DNA of 64,000 nucleotides from Toensbergia leucococca (lineage: Eukaryota): NCBI GenBank assembly GCA_022813965.1, contig JALDZS010000063.1, positions 1 to 64,000 on the forward strand. Direction: 5' to 3'. Positions 37,881-50,261 of this stretch are shown in pieces. Numbering within the stretch: position 1 is the first letter of the stretch; each line of letters opens with the position of its first letter. Both the position numbers and the translations under genes were made by a program. The notes beneath the pieces are model-generated. The model did not search any database. It saw nothing but the letters and a program-made list of their open reading frames with translations, and was not told where the DNA came from.

Positions 37881-38719
37881 AGAGTTCTGCCTCCTTGAGG
37901 TGCTGTATGGATGGAGGTAGCGTTCTTTGAGCTACGGCGTAGTATATATCCTTAATTGTGCGTTCCTGAAGTAGAAATTTCTTTTCACCTGATATCGATC
38001 TCTTGCAAGAACTGCCTGCAACTGTGTCCCCTCTTCACGTTGGCTTCCGTCCTTGTGATCTACATCGTGGTTCTGATGCAAAGATAGGATCAGGGTTGTG
38101 GTGGAGAGCTGACTCATCATCTACAATCATGCACCCTGGTGATGGGTTGATTTTCCGGGTGTGCTTTCCGCATGTATGCCTCATCTCTTTGAGGCCTTCT
38201 GTCGTGGTCATGACTGAAGTGATGAGACAGATTGATTTCATCCGACGGAATGATAGGGCTAGGTTTTCGGCACATCAATGATCAATACCACCTGATGGGT
38301 CGCACTCATTGAATTTCAGTCAATGCAATGCTCTCTTACTTCATTTGTTGTTTTGATCTCATGCCTTGACAGGCTCATATTTTGAACCGCTGCTGATGTC
38401 AGCCATTATCTCCATCTGTCGTTCACAATATCAACTCACAATAATTGAGGCTTTAGAGAAGCGCCTCTATCTCACTGATTGATCCTTGAGTTGAGCTTCA
38501 TCATCAAGTCATCATTGAAGCAATGCCTTCATCTCATCAATCTTTAGATTGAGCTTCACCATTAAGCCCATTCTGTCAAAGTATGTCGCGACCACATTCC
38601 AGGTTACTCATATCAAAAGCTCTTTAATGGCCAATTATAGTCGCATCTGCATCTTGAAAGAATGATGAGTCTTAGGGATCAAAAAATGCAACATCAAACC
38701 TAATAGAGGGGCAGGGAAG

Positions 38720-38985
38720 CTAACGGTGGGCTGAATGGATAGCAAGAAGAGCTGATGGTAGAGTGAAGGACAGAGCGATGGTAGAGGATAGTAGAGCGAG
38801 CGGTGGGTTGATTAGATGGCAGGAAGAGAGGGTAGAGCGAAGGGTAGAGCGAACGGTGGGCTGAGTGAATGGCAGGAAGAGTGAAGGGTAGAGCGAAGGG
38901 TAGAGTGAAGGGTAGAGCGAATGGTGAGCTGGGTGGATGGCAGGAAGAGCGAAGGGTAGAGCGAATGATAGATCGAAGGGGGAAA
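38720..38985 (+). repeat. Degenerate 12-bp minisatellite (GAAGGGTAGAGC) with higher-order ~60-70 bp units
   Basis: Multiple gaagggtagagc/gaagggtagagt copies interspersed with repeated ggtgggctga...atggcaggaagag blocks. Confidence 0.85.
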
Positions 38986-39492
38986 GATATGGGGTTAAGA
39001 GGAGCGATGAGCTGCCGACCCTTGGTATCTTGTGTCGCGAAGAGTCAGGTTCGGGGGTTTCATGCGCGCCACATGTACATTGTTTCCTACACAAAATGTA
39101 TGAGTCTTGATGTATCAGTCGCATGATGTAGAAAGTTGGATCAAAATCATGTTCACCCCCCCTCGAATACCAAGCTTTCCGCTGTCGCGTGCCTCTCGGC
39201 CCGGCCCGTTTGCTTTCCGAATGCCGAGTGGATGACGAGGCCTCGAAGCGAAATAACTCTTTTGCTTCTGAAAGTCAGCCAAAACATAAGGAGCACTTTC
39301 ACTTCACCTCCTCAACATGACCTCTTTCTCCTTCACCTGGTCTACGGTACCCTCATAGCTTTGACTCCCTTCTTTTTGCCAGTCGGTTTTTAATTCTCTC
39401 CCCTTACTGACATTCACAATCCCCTTTCCGGTACATCCGCCTCAGAATACAACAAAAGGCCGGGAAGCATTTGAATGCCTTGACCCCTAGAT

Positions 39493-40314
39493 ATGGGTAT
39501 CCAGAAATCGAGAACGCTCTTTCCGTCAGGCTTTGGCTGCCATCTTCTACTACCGTCGTTGCTACTTCTCGCAAGTCGTCCCTTTCAGATCGTCGCTCAG
39601 CTCACCACTAGCAACGGCCCAGCTTCCACCAGTCTTATCCAGCCTCCCACACCTACTCCGACAACCGACCAGGTATTCACTTTGGGCGCTGCTGCTCCAA
39701 CGTCCTCGAATGCTGTCTCTATCCCGACAGGTTATGGGTCATCGACGAGCACAAACCACTCAGAGAGCAGCGGTGTTCTCAATTATTACTTCCTCTTGCT
39801 TGCCGTCTTCGTTGTAATCCTTTTGGTGGCGTATTGGTCATTGGTTCGTCGAAGAAGGAACAAGGTCGCTCGCTCGAGAGTCCGCGGAGAAAGTGCTTTA
39901 GCTCAGGACGTTGAGGGTTGGACAGGCCGGAGGCCCTGGGGTCGTCCTTGGAGATCGCCAAATTCGCGTGGGCTTACCGTCGAAGAAGGTCTAGACGAAA
40001 GAGGCGAAGCTCCTCCGCCCTACATGCCTGCATTTCCACCAGCTGTGGCACACTCCGACAATAGAAGGGACATATCATATGAAGGAAGTCAAGGGCAGAC
40101 GATACAGCTTCAGAACATTTCAACCGAGGGAGCGAAACCTCCTGACTACGTCGAAGCTTCAACCTCTTTCGGTAATCCAAGATCATCAAGGTCTACGTCA
40201 ACCTTGGTTCCTCCTGATAGGTATGGATCGACAAGGGGCTTGCTACGAAGTACCGAGGGCTCGGATAGTATAGCTGAAGGTGAGCCTGAGAGACAGACAG
40301 AAAGACTATCATGA
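39493..40314 (+). CDS. Type I membrane protein with S/T-rich ectodomain and cytosolic PY motifs (possible Rsp5/Nedd4 adaptor)
   Basis: Hydrophobic N-terminus, S/T/P-rich region, TM NYYFLLLAVFVVILLVAYWSLV followed by RRRR, then EEGLDERGEAPPPY and KPPDY. Confidence 0.8.
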   Translation: MGIQKSRTLFPSGFGCHLLLPSLLLLASRPFQIVAQLTTSNGPASTSLIQPPTPTPTTDQVFTLGAAAPTSSNAVSIPTGYGSSTSTNHSESSGVLNYYFLLLAVFVVILLVAYWSLVRRRRNKVARSRVRGESALAQDVEGWTGRRPWGRPWRSPNSRGLTVEEGLDERGEAPPPYMPAFPPAVAHSDNRRDISYEGSQGQTIQLQNISTEGAKPPDYVEASTSFGNPRSSRSTSTLVPPDRYGSTRGLLRSTEGSDSIAEGEPERQTERLS

Positions 40315-40691
40315 GCTCCTGGCTGGCCAGGTGCCGCCGGATACTGGAAAAGGCTGCCGAGGCGGCGTCGATTAGCATTTGCATTTGGGACCTCTGGCCG
40401 TAGCGTGGCGTTGGATGGGTAGAGTCATAAATAACATTGTTCCAGGAAGTATGATCCAATTGAGCCAGTATTTGTTAGCACTCCAGAACTCTGCATATCA
40501 AAAGATACTCTTAAAAATACAATATATTTACTATACACGCAGAATGATCTCTCATTTCCTATGAACCAGGACACTTGCGTACGTCCTTCAAGCTCATGTT
40601 TACATGAAGGACATTCCGATCCAATTTCTGGCATTTCTCGTCTCGACCACTTCGCTTACCCGCTTCAATTGACTTGACCTAGCCCTGTTCA

Positions 40692-41118
40692 TTATTCAAA
40701 TTTCTTCCCAATTCCCCCGGCAAATCCCCCTTTACCAAATTGTTGCCTCGCCTCATCTCCTAGCCCTCCCTGAATGCTATTCAACTCGTCATCCGAAACA
40801 ACTGGATTCTTTTTTAATTGACCCTTCCTATCATAGCCAGAAACGTCAACAATGTCCCGTTTTCCTTGCCTTCAATCCTTCCTATACGACGTGGTAAACT
40901 CACAAAAATCCCTCGGCCTTTCCCTCACCAGCCTGCTCCAAGGCCTTTTCCTCCGCCTTAGCCTTTGCTTTGAAAAACTTCACGGCGACGTAATCGAACA
41001 GGTCATTTGCAGCTCCCGAGACGTAGAGGCCGGTAAGGAGAGCGAAGAATGTTGTGGCTATGATGACGACGAAAAGGATACCGTCCTTGGAGGTAACGTC
41101 ATTCGCTGGGGTGGACAT
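40692..41118 (-). CDS. Small single-TM fungal protein of unknown function; 1 intron (~40827-40903)
   Basis: MSTPANDVTSKDGILFVVIIATTFFALLTGLYVSG..KAKAEEKALEQAGEGKAEGFL|KGQLKKNPVVSDDELNSIQGGLG...GGIGKKFE*. Confidence 0.7.
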
Positions 41119-43367
41119 TTTGAAGGGTTGAAAGGGGGATACGAGTGCTCGTAGAAAGAGAAGTTGAGACTGGATCGAGTGAGGGAAGGTAGAGAGCAGT
41201 GGCAGCTAGATGATGGATATCCTTGGGTGTAGGTGCAGTTTTCCTGATATAAGTTTTATCGAGAACCTGTTTTCTTTGTGGAATATGGAAATGATCAACA
41301 GGGCGGACAAATCTACAACAAGGATTTCTGCAGGATTTTCAAGCAATTTCCCCTCTTTTTCTTATCTTCGTGCATTATCTTGAACTAGGTACCCCGCGCT
41401 CGGCTCAATTTCCCACTCGAGCCCCTGTGCGTGGTTATTAAGACCCACGATCTTGTTCTTCAGTTGCTTGCATACCGGGCGGTATTCCGTGTAGCTGAGC
41501 ACGTTAAACGGCCATGCATGGATAATTCTCCATGTCGGAAGTCTGCTACCAGGTGTATACTCATGACGTATAGCCCCACCTCCCGGCGCCTCAGATTAAC
41601 GTTTTGAGTGGATTTTGCATGACCTTTACGAAAAAGAAGATGGAGACGAAATGAGAGTACAGGAATCAGAATAAGCAAGCAGAGTTGACTACGCGGGACG
41701 CCTCACTCCCATTTCTCTCAATTGGAGAATGACTGTGAACTATAAGCTTCAATTTCTACAGAACAATGAAACATAGATCTTACATCCGCGACCTCCACAT
41801 ACGAGGGCTTTTCTGGTGGGACGAGTTTGGATTACAACTCAGCTTCAAAAGAGAGAGTTCACAAATTTCAATTTCGCTCGTACGACTCGGCCACCGTTAT
41901 TTATGACACCACGCTTTTCGATAATTCTTTGCAGTCCAAGTTCGTAGGATCAAGTCAATCAGAGATGGTACCAAAGCCAACCAAGCTCTCATGAAATTGA
42001 TACCCGTCAATTTGCCTTGTTTGGGACAAGAAGCTCGCTATTTTCCACAAACAATACCTTACTATCTCTACCCAAATCAACAGCAACATGAAATCCTGCA
42101 TGGCAACTTTTAATACTGTAGATTTCATTCGAAGAAAAAGGCTTCGTACATGTCACCGGGTGCTAGTCCACGTGTTCCCGTGAGGTTCTATCTCAGCGAT
42201 CATGTTTTTCCTAATCTCATGAATTCTCTCCGGGATGTGATTGAACAACGGAGTCATGAAGGGAAGAAAGGGGGAGATTGACAGTCACAGGTCGTCATTT
42301 CTCCAGCATCACTACTCGTGAAGTGCATTCTACAAATTAGCCTCTTTTCGGGGCTGCCGAATCCACCAAGCTTTAGATCAGCGTTTTACCAGACCGGCGT
42401 TTGATTCATACGAAATCGAATTTCTAGTCCCTGTTTGAGGTCATTGGTTCATTGAGCATCAAGATCCTCCTCTCCTCCCGATACAAAAAGATCTGGGGTT
42501 TCCGCATCGGTCTCTGGGTTCCGAAGGAGTTGTTCCAAGAAGGCTGTGATGACGTCCATTTGATCCATTTCGAAGTCATACTTTGCTCCAAGGGCTAGTA
42601 AAGCTATCCAGATCATGGAATAGTCTTCTACTAACCCCTGGGATCAAGTATGGATTTTGAAATGGAACAAATGAACGTCGTCACAGTCTTGTTTGGATAG
42701 ACAAGAGATCTGCGTGGATGAATCACATGGCTTTTTACAAGGAGGACAGGAAGAACTTGTGCTCTACTCCCGTCAGTCGTGTTTCTCGAGATAGCGGTCC
42801 CGTGCTGGATGTTACTGTTCCGAATTAGTTGCATCGATTGGCGTCTGAGACTGTACCTCCTGTAAGAAGTATTTTTGACTTCAACCTATCGTGCCCAAGT
42901 AGAAGGGGGGTGACACGCGGTCGGGGGGTTTGAGTCTAGCTTTCTTGAAAATCCATAGATGGGGAATTATGGATTGTGATGGGATTGTGATGAAATTGGA
43001 ATTCGCGGGTTGTGTTTAGGGGGGGGGCGGGCAATAAGACCAAATGGAAGAGAAGCGGAAGGTGCCTGAAGGGCCTGTTTGGATTGAAAGGGAATAGAGA
43101 ATTTCGAGAGCATTGATCGAAAGGACACTACAATGGTATGCCGCAGGAAAGTTCCGCAGATTTTCCTTATCACGAACTATAGGGGGCACAAGTGACACAT
43201 TGTCGTACCCGTGAAATTCATCTAGCCAACGGGTTTTTGGCCTTTTGGTGGCACCAACTACCTGGTGAAACGAATAGGCGCCTGGTAAACATCAACCGCT
43301 CTTTTCCCTCCATAATTCGAGAAAAAGCCCCGCAAAAGCGAAAATACTTTTTAGAGCAGGAATTCCG

Positions 43368-44155
43368 TTACCGATCCTCTAGCCTTCCTGAAAACCATCC
43401 TACTCGCAATCGATGGCTCTGGAGAATCTGTCAGAACTGTTGCTATGCGAGGACTAGAAACTTTGGATTCAGAACTCACGGAGGGTAGTTTAGGTATGAC
43501 GACTCCCAGCACCGCGAGGAAGTTGATAGTGAAGTACGTCAGATCATAATGTGTGTAGTGCGTACTGAGGAGAAACAGTAGAATGGGAACGCTTAAAAGA
43601 AACTTTTTGGCCGGGGTGTATTGGTCGCCGTTGTCGATTTGCTCCCACAAGTTCAGGTTGTCGTAGGCACCTGCGTTGAAGTCGAACGGGACGCCTCGGA
43701 CATAGTGGAACATTAGATAGGAGCCGAACATGTAACCGAGGTTGGTCAGTGTCCATGAGGTTTCTTGCGACACGCCGGGGATGATGTCGAAGAGCACTTT
43801 GAGCACGATGATGAGGACTACGTGTATCGTCCATGCACCTGAATAGTGGGAACAGACATCAGTCAAGCTCAATCCATGACGTAATTCAAAGCAGAACGCT
43901 CTTTTGAGGAAGAAGAGATTTCCAAGTATTATCCAGAGGTACAAGAAATTGCTCTTTGTGTCTTTCTTCCCCCTGCTCAATGTCTAAATCTGCATGTTAC
44001 TTTTGTGAAACTAAAAACATACCCTTTGAATTCACCCAGTTGGCGTTTAAATTTGGCAAAGCCGACTGATCGCTCATATGTTCCATGGATTCTGGCGGCT
44101 CTTGATACAGTAGACTGCTCGAGCGCCGCCTCCTCCCTTTCTTGCCGTCGTTCAT
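43368..44155 (-). CDS. ORM1: ORMDL family sphingolipid homeostasis protein; 2 introns
   Basis: RRRRSSS..DQSALPNLNANWVNSK|GAWTIHVVLI..SWTLTNL..MFHYVRGVPFDFNAGAYDNLNLWEQIDNGDQYTPAKKFL..VIPKLP. Confidence 0.95.
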
Positions 44156-44983
44156 ATTGGTGCCTCCAGATATCCTCCTTGGGGGCGCTGTGTTGGTATT
44201 TGTTGCGAAGGACAAAGTACGGGGAATAAGCAGGGAAGACAGATTGGCGGTATTGGGAGGTTGATTTTGATACTCCAACAGATATTGTCTAGAGTATGAT
44301 GCCTCTGGTGAGTAGGTATATGCAGTCCTATGCTTTGTTAGCACAAATTTCAACACAAAGTCTGTTTGTAATCCATGCAATGTTCCGAGATGTGGTTGGC
44401 TTTTTAGGCACAAAGCACCGAACGGTGTTTGATGTGATATACTTACAAAGAGAAGAGGGTCAGCTCACGAGGAGGAAGCAGAGAAGAGACACGTAGAGAG
44501 GATTCAAGACGAGCCTGAAGGACTTTGGAAGAGAGAACGAAAGCAGTAAAGGAACGAAAGTGCTGGGGAAAGTGTCCAGATACAGTTTATGGTGATGGGG
44601 TCAGATATTTGAGCATCAGACAAGTCGATATGTTGAACTGGTTCGTGAAGTACGAGATGTAAATTGTGAAGTGTGAAGTATTCCGTAGAATATTGCTGCA
44701 TACGAAGCTGTCGGGAAGCTACCGCGCCAGCAGCCAATCAACCACGACTACGGAGCCAATTGCCATGACATATCCGTACGGATACATGATACGCCGAGGA
44801 ACACCCCTGTACGGATAACTTGTCGTCATTCTTCAAGTCGCGTTACAAAGAAAACCTAGAATACGAGGATACTTGTTTCAATAGACAAAATCTCGTAACA
44901 CTCCTCGCAATTCACTCATTGCGCCAGTCGCTACCAATCTCGAGACCCAGGAGCTATGCTGGATTGACTGCAATACTGTGCCA

Positions 44984-47059
44984 ATGGACGACCATGTTGA
45001 TTCTCGCACGGCCTCCTTCGACCTAAAGAGGAGCCACCACGACGCTACCGTCATTGATCTTGACCAAGTTGAATCGCCAGCCTCAACTCCTCGAAAGCGC
45101 ATTAAACGTAATGGCAGAGATAACCTACAAGATATGAGGGACTTCGTACCAACTGGAGGCAGCTTCAGCGTAAACGCCGCCATACTAGATCAAGTTCAAG
45201 ACAGTCCCTCGAACCTCACCACAGCCAGTGATGGAATGGAAAGCGGGCAGCTTTCAACACCGGGAGTGGGCACTGTCCCTTCTATAAATTGGAATGCTGG
45301 GACCAAGATCAGATTTCGAACCTCGCTCGGGGGAAAACGAACTGAAAAGCAAGGAGATTCACCTTCCATACATCCACTCCCAGCGTCGCCAGGAGTGCCA
45401 GGCCCGTCCGATACAAAATCGAATCCGGAGGGTAAGACTAGCGTATTTGGGGGTGTATTTGTGAGAGACGATTCGAAAGCTCAAGTGGTACACCCACCCC
45501 GTGGACCCTCGGAGCCAAAGGAACCTGAGCCCTTAAATCCAACTCCCCCAGAGAACCAATTTATGTCGTCCCTATTGCAGCTGTCTCCAGAAGCACCTAG
45601 TAAACCGAAAGAGCTCAGTGAGGAACCCGAGAGCGAAGGGGAAGTCATGATCAATGTCCAAAGCGATGGGCATGAAAGCGGTGAAGTCCCTGACAGCATG
45701 ATGCGGTCTTCAGACGCCTCCGAACAGAACGCCCAAGCGGCGCTTTCTAAACAAGATCAAGGAGAGGTCACTATTACCGGCACAAGTAGTCAAGAAGAAA
45801 CTAAAGGCTCTTTATCGATTCGTTTCATCCTTGATCCACTAGAGAGTGAGATAGAGCACGGAAGCAATCGATCCATTGGGGCAGCATTTCAAAGCGACTA
45901 CCCTCGTACACTAGCCGATCTCCAACCAGAAGACCTTAAGCTTCAACTCCGATACTTTCACACTACCAAGACCCCAGCAGAAATTGACTACACCAGCCCA
46001 GTCAAATGCCTTCTGTGCGCAGAAGAAGGTCACACCCCAACCTCCTGCCCAAGCCAAACTTGCCGTACCTGTGGGGCCCAAAATCAGCACACCACCCTCC
46101 TCTGCCCCCAAGCCCTCAAATGCGCACGCTGCCATGAGCGAGGCCACTCTAAAGAGAAATGCACTTATAGGCTGTCCCGCCTCGCGCCTTCGGAAATAGC
46201 CTGCGACCTCTGCCAACGCAAAGGTCACACGGAAGAAGACTGTGAGCTTCTCTGGCGCACCTCTGGCCGACCCTGGGAAACGGACTACTCCACCCACCGC
46301 CTCCGACTCTTCTGCTACGAATGCGGCAAACAAGGTCACCTAGGAAACGACTGTCCCACGCGAAATCCCCACAAGCCATTGGGCACAAGCACCTGGACCC
46401 TTCCCTCTAGAAACCCCTCCCTGCCCACTTCATCAAAAGGAGGGAAAGGCGGAGGCATCTCCATCCTCGGCCGCGCACAGCAGCGCAACCCTCCTCCAAT
46501 CACAACCCTTGATTCCAGCTCCGACGACCAAGCTAACTTCCACCGTCCCCGCATCTCTGCCCCAGCCCGCACAGGCCAAATCCGCATCGCCAGCACCAAA
46601 ACCGACAGATACCAACCCAAGCCCATCCGAATTGACAGATACCAACCCACCCCCACCAGCGGCCCTTCATCCCAACCTAGCCCCATCCATATCGATAGAT
46701 ATCAACCCGTCCCCTCCCGGACCGGCCCCTCGTCCCAATCGAACCACCACTCTGGCAACAGAAACCAGTACTCATCCTACCAAGACCAAGCTTACCGCCG
46801 CCGCTCCCGCTCCCCGGAGTATTCCTCCCGCACGGACAGCAGAAGCGCCAACTACGACAACAGGAGCAGCACCAACTACGATAATAGCAGAAGCACCAAC
46901 TACGACGACTACAACCCCAACAGCAACAACTACCGGCCCGCCGCAACCCACGAGTCGCTGCCCGCGAGGCCGAGACCCAGTCGACGCGAACGCATGCAGG
47001 AGCGGTATCAGCCGATGCCGAGTGCGGCTTCTGGGGCTTGGAGCAAGCATCGTTCGTGA
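44984..47059 (+). CDS. Zinc-knuckle protein, Air1/Air2-like (TRAMP complex)
   Basis: Five CCHC-type knuckles (CLLCAEEGH..C, CRTCGAQNQH..C, CARCHERGH..C, CDLCQRKGH..C, CYECGKQGH..C), the LWR linker after knuckle 4 and an RYF motif before knuckle 1. Confidence 0.8.
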   Translation: MDDHVDSRTASFDLKRSHHDATVIDLDQVESPASTPRKRIKRNGRDNLQDMRDFVPTGGSFSVNAAILDQVQDSPSNLTTASDGMESGQLSTPGVGTVPSINWNAGTKIRFRTSLGGKRTEKQGDSPSIHPLPASPGVPGPSDTKSNPEGKTSVFGGVFVRDDSKAQVVHPPRGPSEPKEPEPLNPTPPENQFMSSLLQLSPEAPSKPKELSEEPESEGEVMINVQSDGHESGEVPDSMMRSSDASEQNAQAALSKQDQGEVTITGTSSQEETKGSLSIRFILDPLESEIEHGSNRSIGAAFQSDYPRTLADLQPEDLKLQLRYFHTTKTPAEIDYTSPVKCLLCAEEGHTPTSCPSQTCRTCGAQNQHTTLLCPQALKCARCHERGHSKEKCTYRLSRLAPSEIACDLCQRKGHTEEDCELLWRTSGRPWETDYSTHRLRLFCYECGKQGHLGNDCPTRNPHKPLGTSTWTLPSRNPSLPTSSKGGKGGGISILGRAQQRNPPPITTLDSSSDDQANFHRPRISAPARTGQIRIASTKTDRYQPKPIRIDRYQPTPTSGPSSQPSPIHIDRYQPVPSRTGPSSQSNHHSGNRNQYSSYQDQAYRRRSRSPEYSSRTDSRSANYDNRSSTNYDNSRSTNYDDYNPNSNNYRPAATHESLPARPRPSRRERMQERYQPMPSAASGAWSKHRS

Positions 47060-47728
47060 GGTGGGAGGAAAGTGGGGTGGATTGAGCGGGAGATAATGCA
47101 AGAAGTATGATAAACAGTGATCATGAAGTTTGTTTCCGGCATGATAGATACCCCAACCCCTTCTGCATTCACGTATTTTTCGTATCATTAGGGCTACTGG
47201 GTAAAACCCACGTGATTGGTAATACCTACAGCCCCCAATCATCCCATTGCTCAGAGGCCAAAAAGATCAGTGCTCAAATGTCACCTACACACACTCAACA
47301 GCCAAAAAACCTACAATTCAACCCTTAGGCTCTAACTCACGAAGCGTCACTGAAAAAGAAAACCCGAGTTTCTTTCTCTCTCTGTCTCATATTAGAATTA
47401 AAACCCCACAATGCACAAAAAGGTATCAAAACACAACACACAACCCCCAACAACCAACCAATTCCTCCAATTGAGGAACATGAAAAAAGAGGACCCTGTT
47501 CACTGTTCTCTTCCTCGCTCGCCGTAGTCACATCGATCATCCACGCACTCCCCTCTCTCTCCGCTCAGTTATCCACAACGCAGACCGTCACAAAGACAAT
47601 CAAGAAAGAAGAGATTTAGATACAACGGGAATCGCTAGGAATGCCTCAACTCTCCCCTGCCCCCTTTCACCAGCTCCTCAACCCCCCTGACTTCCATTGA
47701 TCTGCATCCCACTTTAAAAAAAAAACTA

Positions 47729-50261
47729 CTACTTCTTATCCTTATCCTTATCATGAAACTTCTGCTTCAACTTCCCAAAAAACCCACTCGCCCGCTTCGA
47801 TTTCTTATCAGTCGACGCACCAGCACTGCTCGACGGGCTGGGGTTTGACTGTCCAACGGCAGCTTTCTGGGGAGTGAGTGAAGAGGTAGCTGCAGATGTC
47901 TGAGAGGTAGGACTCGCTCCGACGCCCGTGGTGACCATTGGCTGAGTTTGGGAGGCAGTTCCAGCCCCTTTGGACATAGGGGAGACGTCTCGGGAATCGA
48001 CTTTCGCTTTTGATACAGCTTGAGCCATGGCGCTTTGCTTTGCAGGGGTCGTGGCGGGTGCGGCTGCTGGCGATGGGGCTTTGGTGGAGGCGTCGGGAGC
48101 GCCGGGAGCGGTTTCGGATAGTGCTGCAGTAGATGATGGCGCTGGCTCTCCGGCCATGTCTTCGGTTTTTGTTTGCTTCAAGAGCGACTGCTCGACTTGA
48201 CTCTTTTCAAGGACGGCTTCCTTGTTACCTGCTGCCTCTGGTGACCACTTTGCATCTGCTATGGATTCTTGGACAACCTTGGGAAGAGTCGGAGAAACAG
48301 CAGTCGCTTGATCTAGCTCGCCGGCTGGTCGTTCCAGAGCTGGGGCAGGCTCACCAGCCATATCTTCAGTCTTCACTTGTTTCAAGAGTTGATTCTCGAC
48401 TTCGCTTTTCTCCCGAACAGCTTCTTTGCTACTTGCTGCCTCTGGTGACCAATGGGACTCCGCGATCGATTCTTGAACAGGATCTGGAACAGTTGGAGCG
48501 ATGGCAGTACCCCGATTCATCTCATTGATCGATTGTTGTACTGAAGGTGGAAGGCCGCGAGATGGAAGGGATGTTGAGTCTTCGGCTGGTGTGTCCTTGG
48601 ATCCATGACTCGCGATTCCAACAGCACCAGCAGCACCGGCAAGCCCTCCTGCTGCCATACCAGCAATGTCACCGCCACTCAGACCCTTCTTATCTGCGCT
48701 GCCATCATTTCCTGTACTGTTTTCTTCAGAGGCCGCTGGGTCTTCGGGCCCAGCTTCTGCCTGGCTTTCTTGGACAACTTCAGGTACACCCCTGGGCTCT
48801 AATGGTACTTGGCCTGCGAGACCAGCAGTCGTGCTCTGTGCTCCAGCAGACTGGATCGTGAAACCAGGATCCTTCTCGTACGACGAAGCTCCACCCATTG
48901 GCAAGCTAGACTCTGGAATCATGTTCTTCGACTTAGCTGGCAAATTAAACATACCGCCTCCCCTGGCTTCTCGCTCATTTTCAGGGGTGACGACACCAGG
49001 CAATTGAGGCGCGCCTGAACCTCTCTCGTAGGATTCTTTATCAGTGGTCACGGAGGAATTGATTGTATTGTTATTAAAGGTGCTTGAATCCGGCACCTTC
49101 TCACCCGGCTGCAGATTGATGGGATTACCTGCTCCAGATGTCGCCGGAAGGGGAGCTACGCCAAATATTTGATTGGAGTCATCTGCACTCTTCTCTGGGG
49201 GCTTATCATCACGAACGGTGGAGGATATGGTATTCGAGGTAAGTGTACTTGGGTCCGGGACCTTTTCACCAGGAGCGAGGTTTACTGGGTTCCCCAAGCC
49301 AGAGGTGGCTGGTATTGGATTGACGGAGAATTGGGATTCTTCGATCGCAGGCGTTTCTGGAAAGGTGCCAGGTAAATCGGAGTGAGCTGTATTGAATTCT
49401 CCTCGTGATGATTCTTTGGGTACTTTTCCAGCTAAAGCAGCTGTTGAAGATTGAGGAGTGACTCCAGAAAGCATGGCTACGTCTGGGTGCTTTGAGGATG
49501 ATTCGGATGTAGTGATGTTTTCTGGCAGTAGTACGTTGTTCACGTTGCTCGCGCCGTCGTTTTCTTGAGGGGCAGTATGATCTGTAGTCCAATTGCCGTC
49601 GACGACGAACTAGGACATGCAATTGTTAGTAAGTATAGTTGTAAGATGTTTGAAATCAGAACAGCAGGTCAAGATGAGGATATCAGAGTGTAGAATTGGA
49701 TTTGGAGGGATAAGACGGAGGATCAAGAGGGTGTCAGGTGCAAGTGCAGGCAACCACGCTAAGGCTGATCTGGACCAATGGTGCGTCATGCAGCAGCGAC
49801 TTTGCGTGGAAATCGAAGCAGACACCTCTATGATGCATTGCATAATTCTCGAGCTGACGAAGGTGGAGCTTGACAATTGACTTGAGACATCTATGTGCCT
49901 AGTCGGAACTCACCTTGTAATAAATCTTCTCATCCGTTCTTGGTAGTTCCACTTTCTTCTCATGGAGTGTTCCTGCCTTCCTCTCCAGCTTCACGCTCTT
50001 GGCCCAATCATCAAAGGTGCCTGTCACATAGACCTCATTCGCAGGATGGTCCCTGTATTTCGGAGTGAAGCGTCAGCACTCATAGATCTCATAGGAGCAG
50101 ATCTGCACGACTTGAGCCCCATGAAAATGCAGTTCCAAGCTCAACCTCAGTGCCATGGTCTCGCTCACAAGCAGAAACGCTAAACGAGAAATGGGCTGCC
50201 TTGGTCCATGGGAGTGCATCAGTAAACCTGGTCCTTACCATTTGAAGAGGAAGCTTCCCAT
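47729..50261 (-). CDS. Crp1/Mdg1-like protein with N-terminal AMPK-beta-type glycogen-binding (CBM48-like) domain and long repetitive low-complexity tail; 2 introns
   Basis: MGSFLFKW|DHPANEVYVTGTFDDWAKSVKL..KIYYK|FVVDGNWTTDHTAPQE..NVNNVLLPE, the repeated STTA.LAG.VP motif, and C-terminal KKSKRASGFFGKLKQKF. Confidence 0.85.

Noticed and set aside
38720..38985. Repeat array as a possible CRISPR
   Set aside because: Eukaryotic context, 12-bp degenerate tandem units without unique spacers, and no cas genes.
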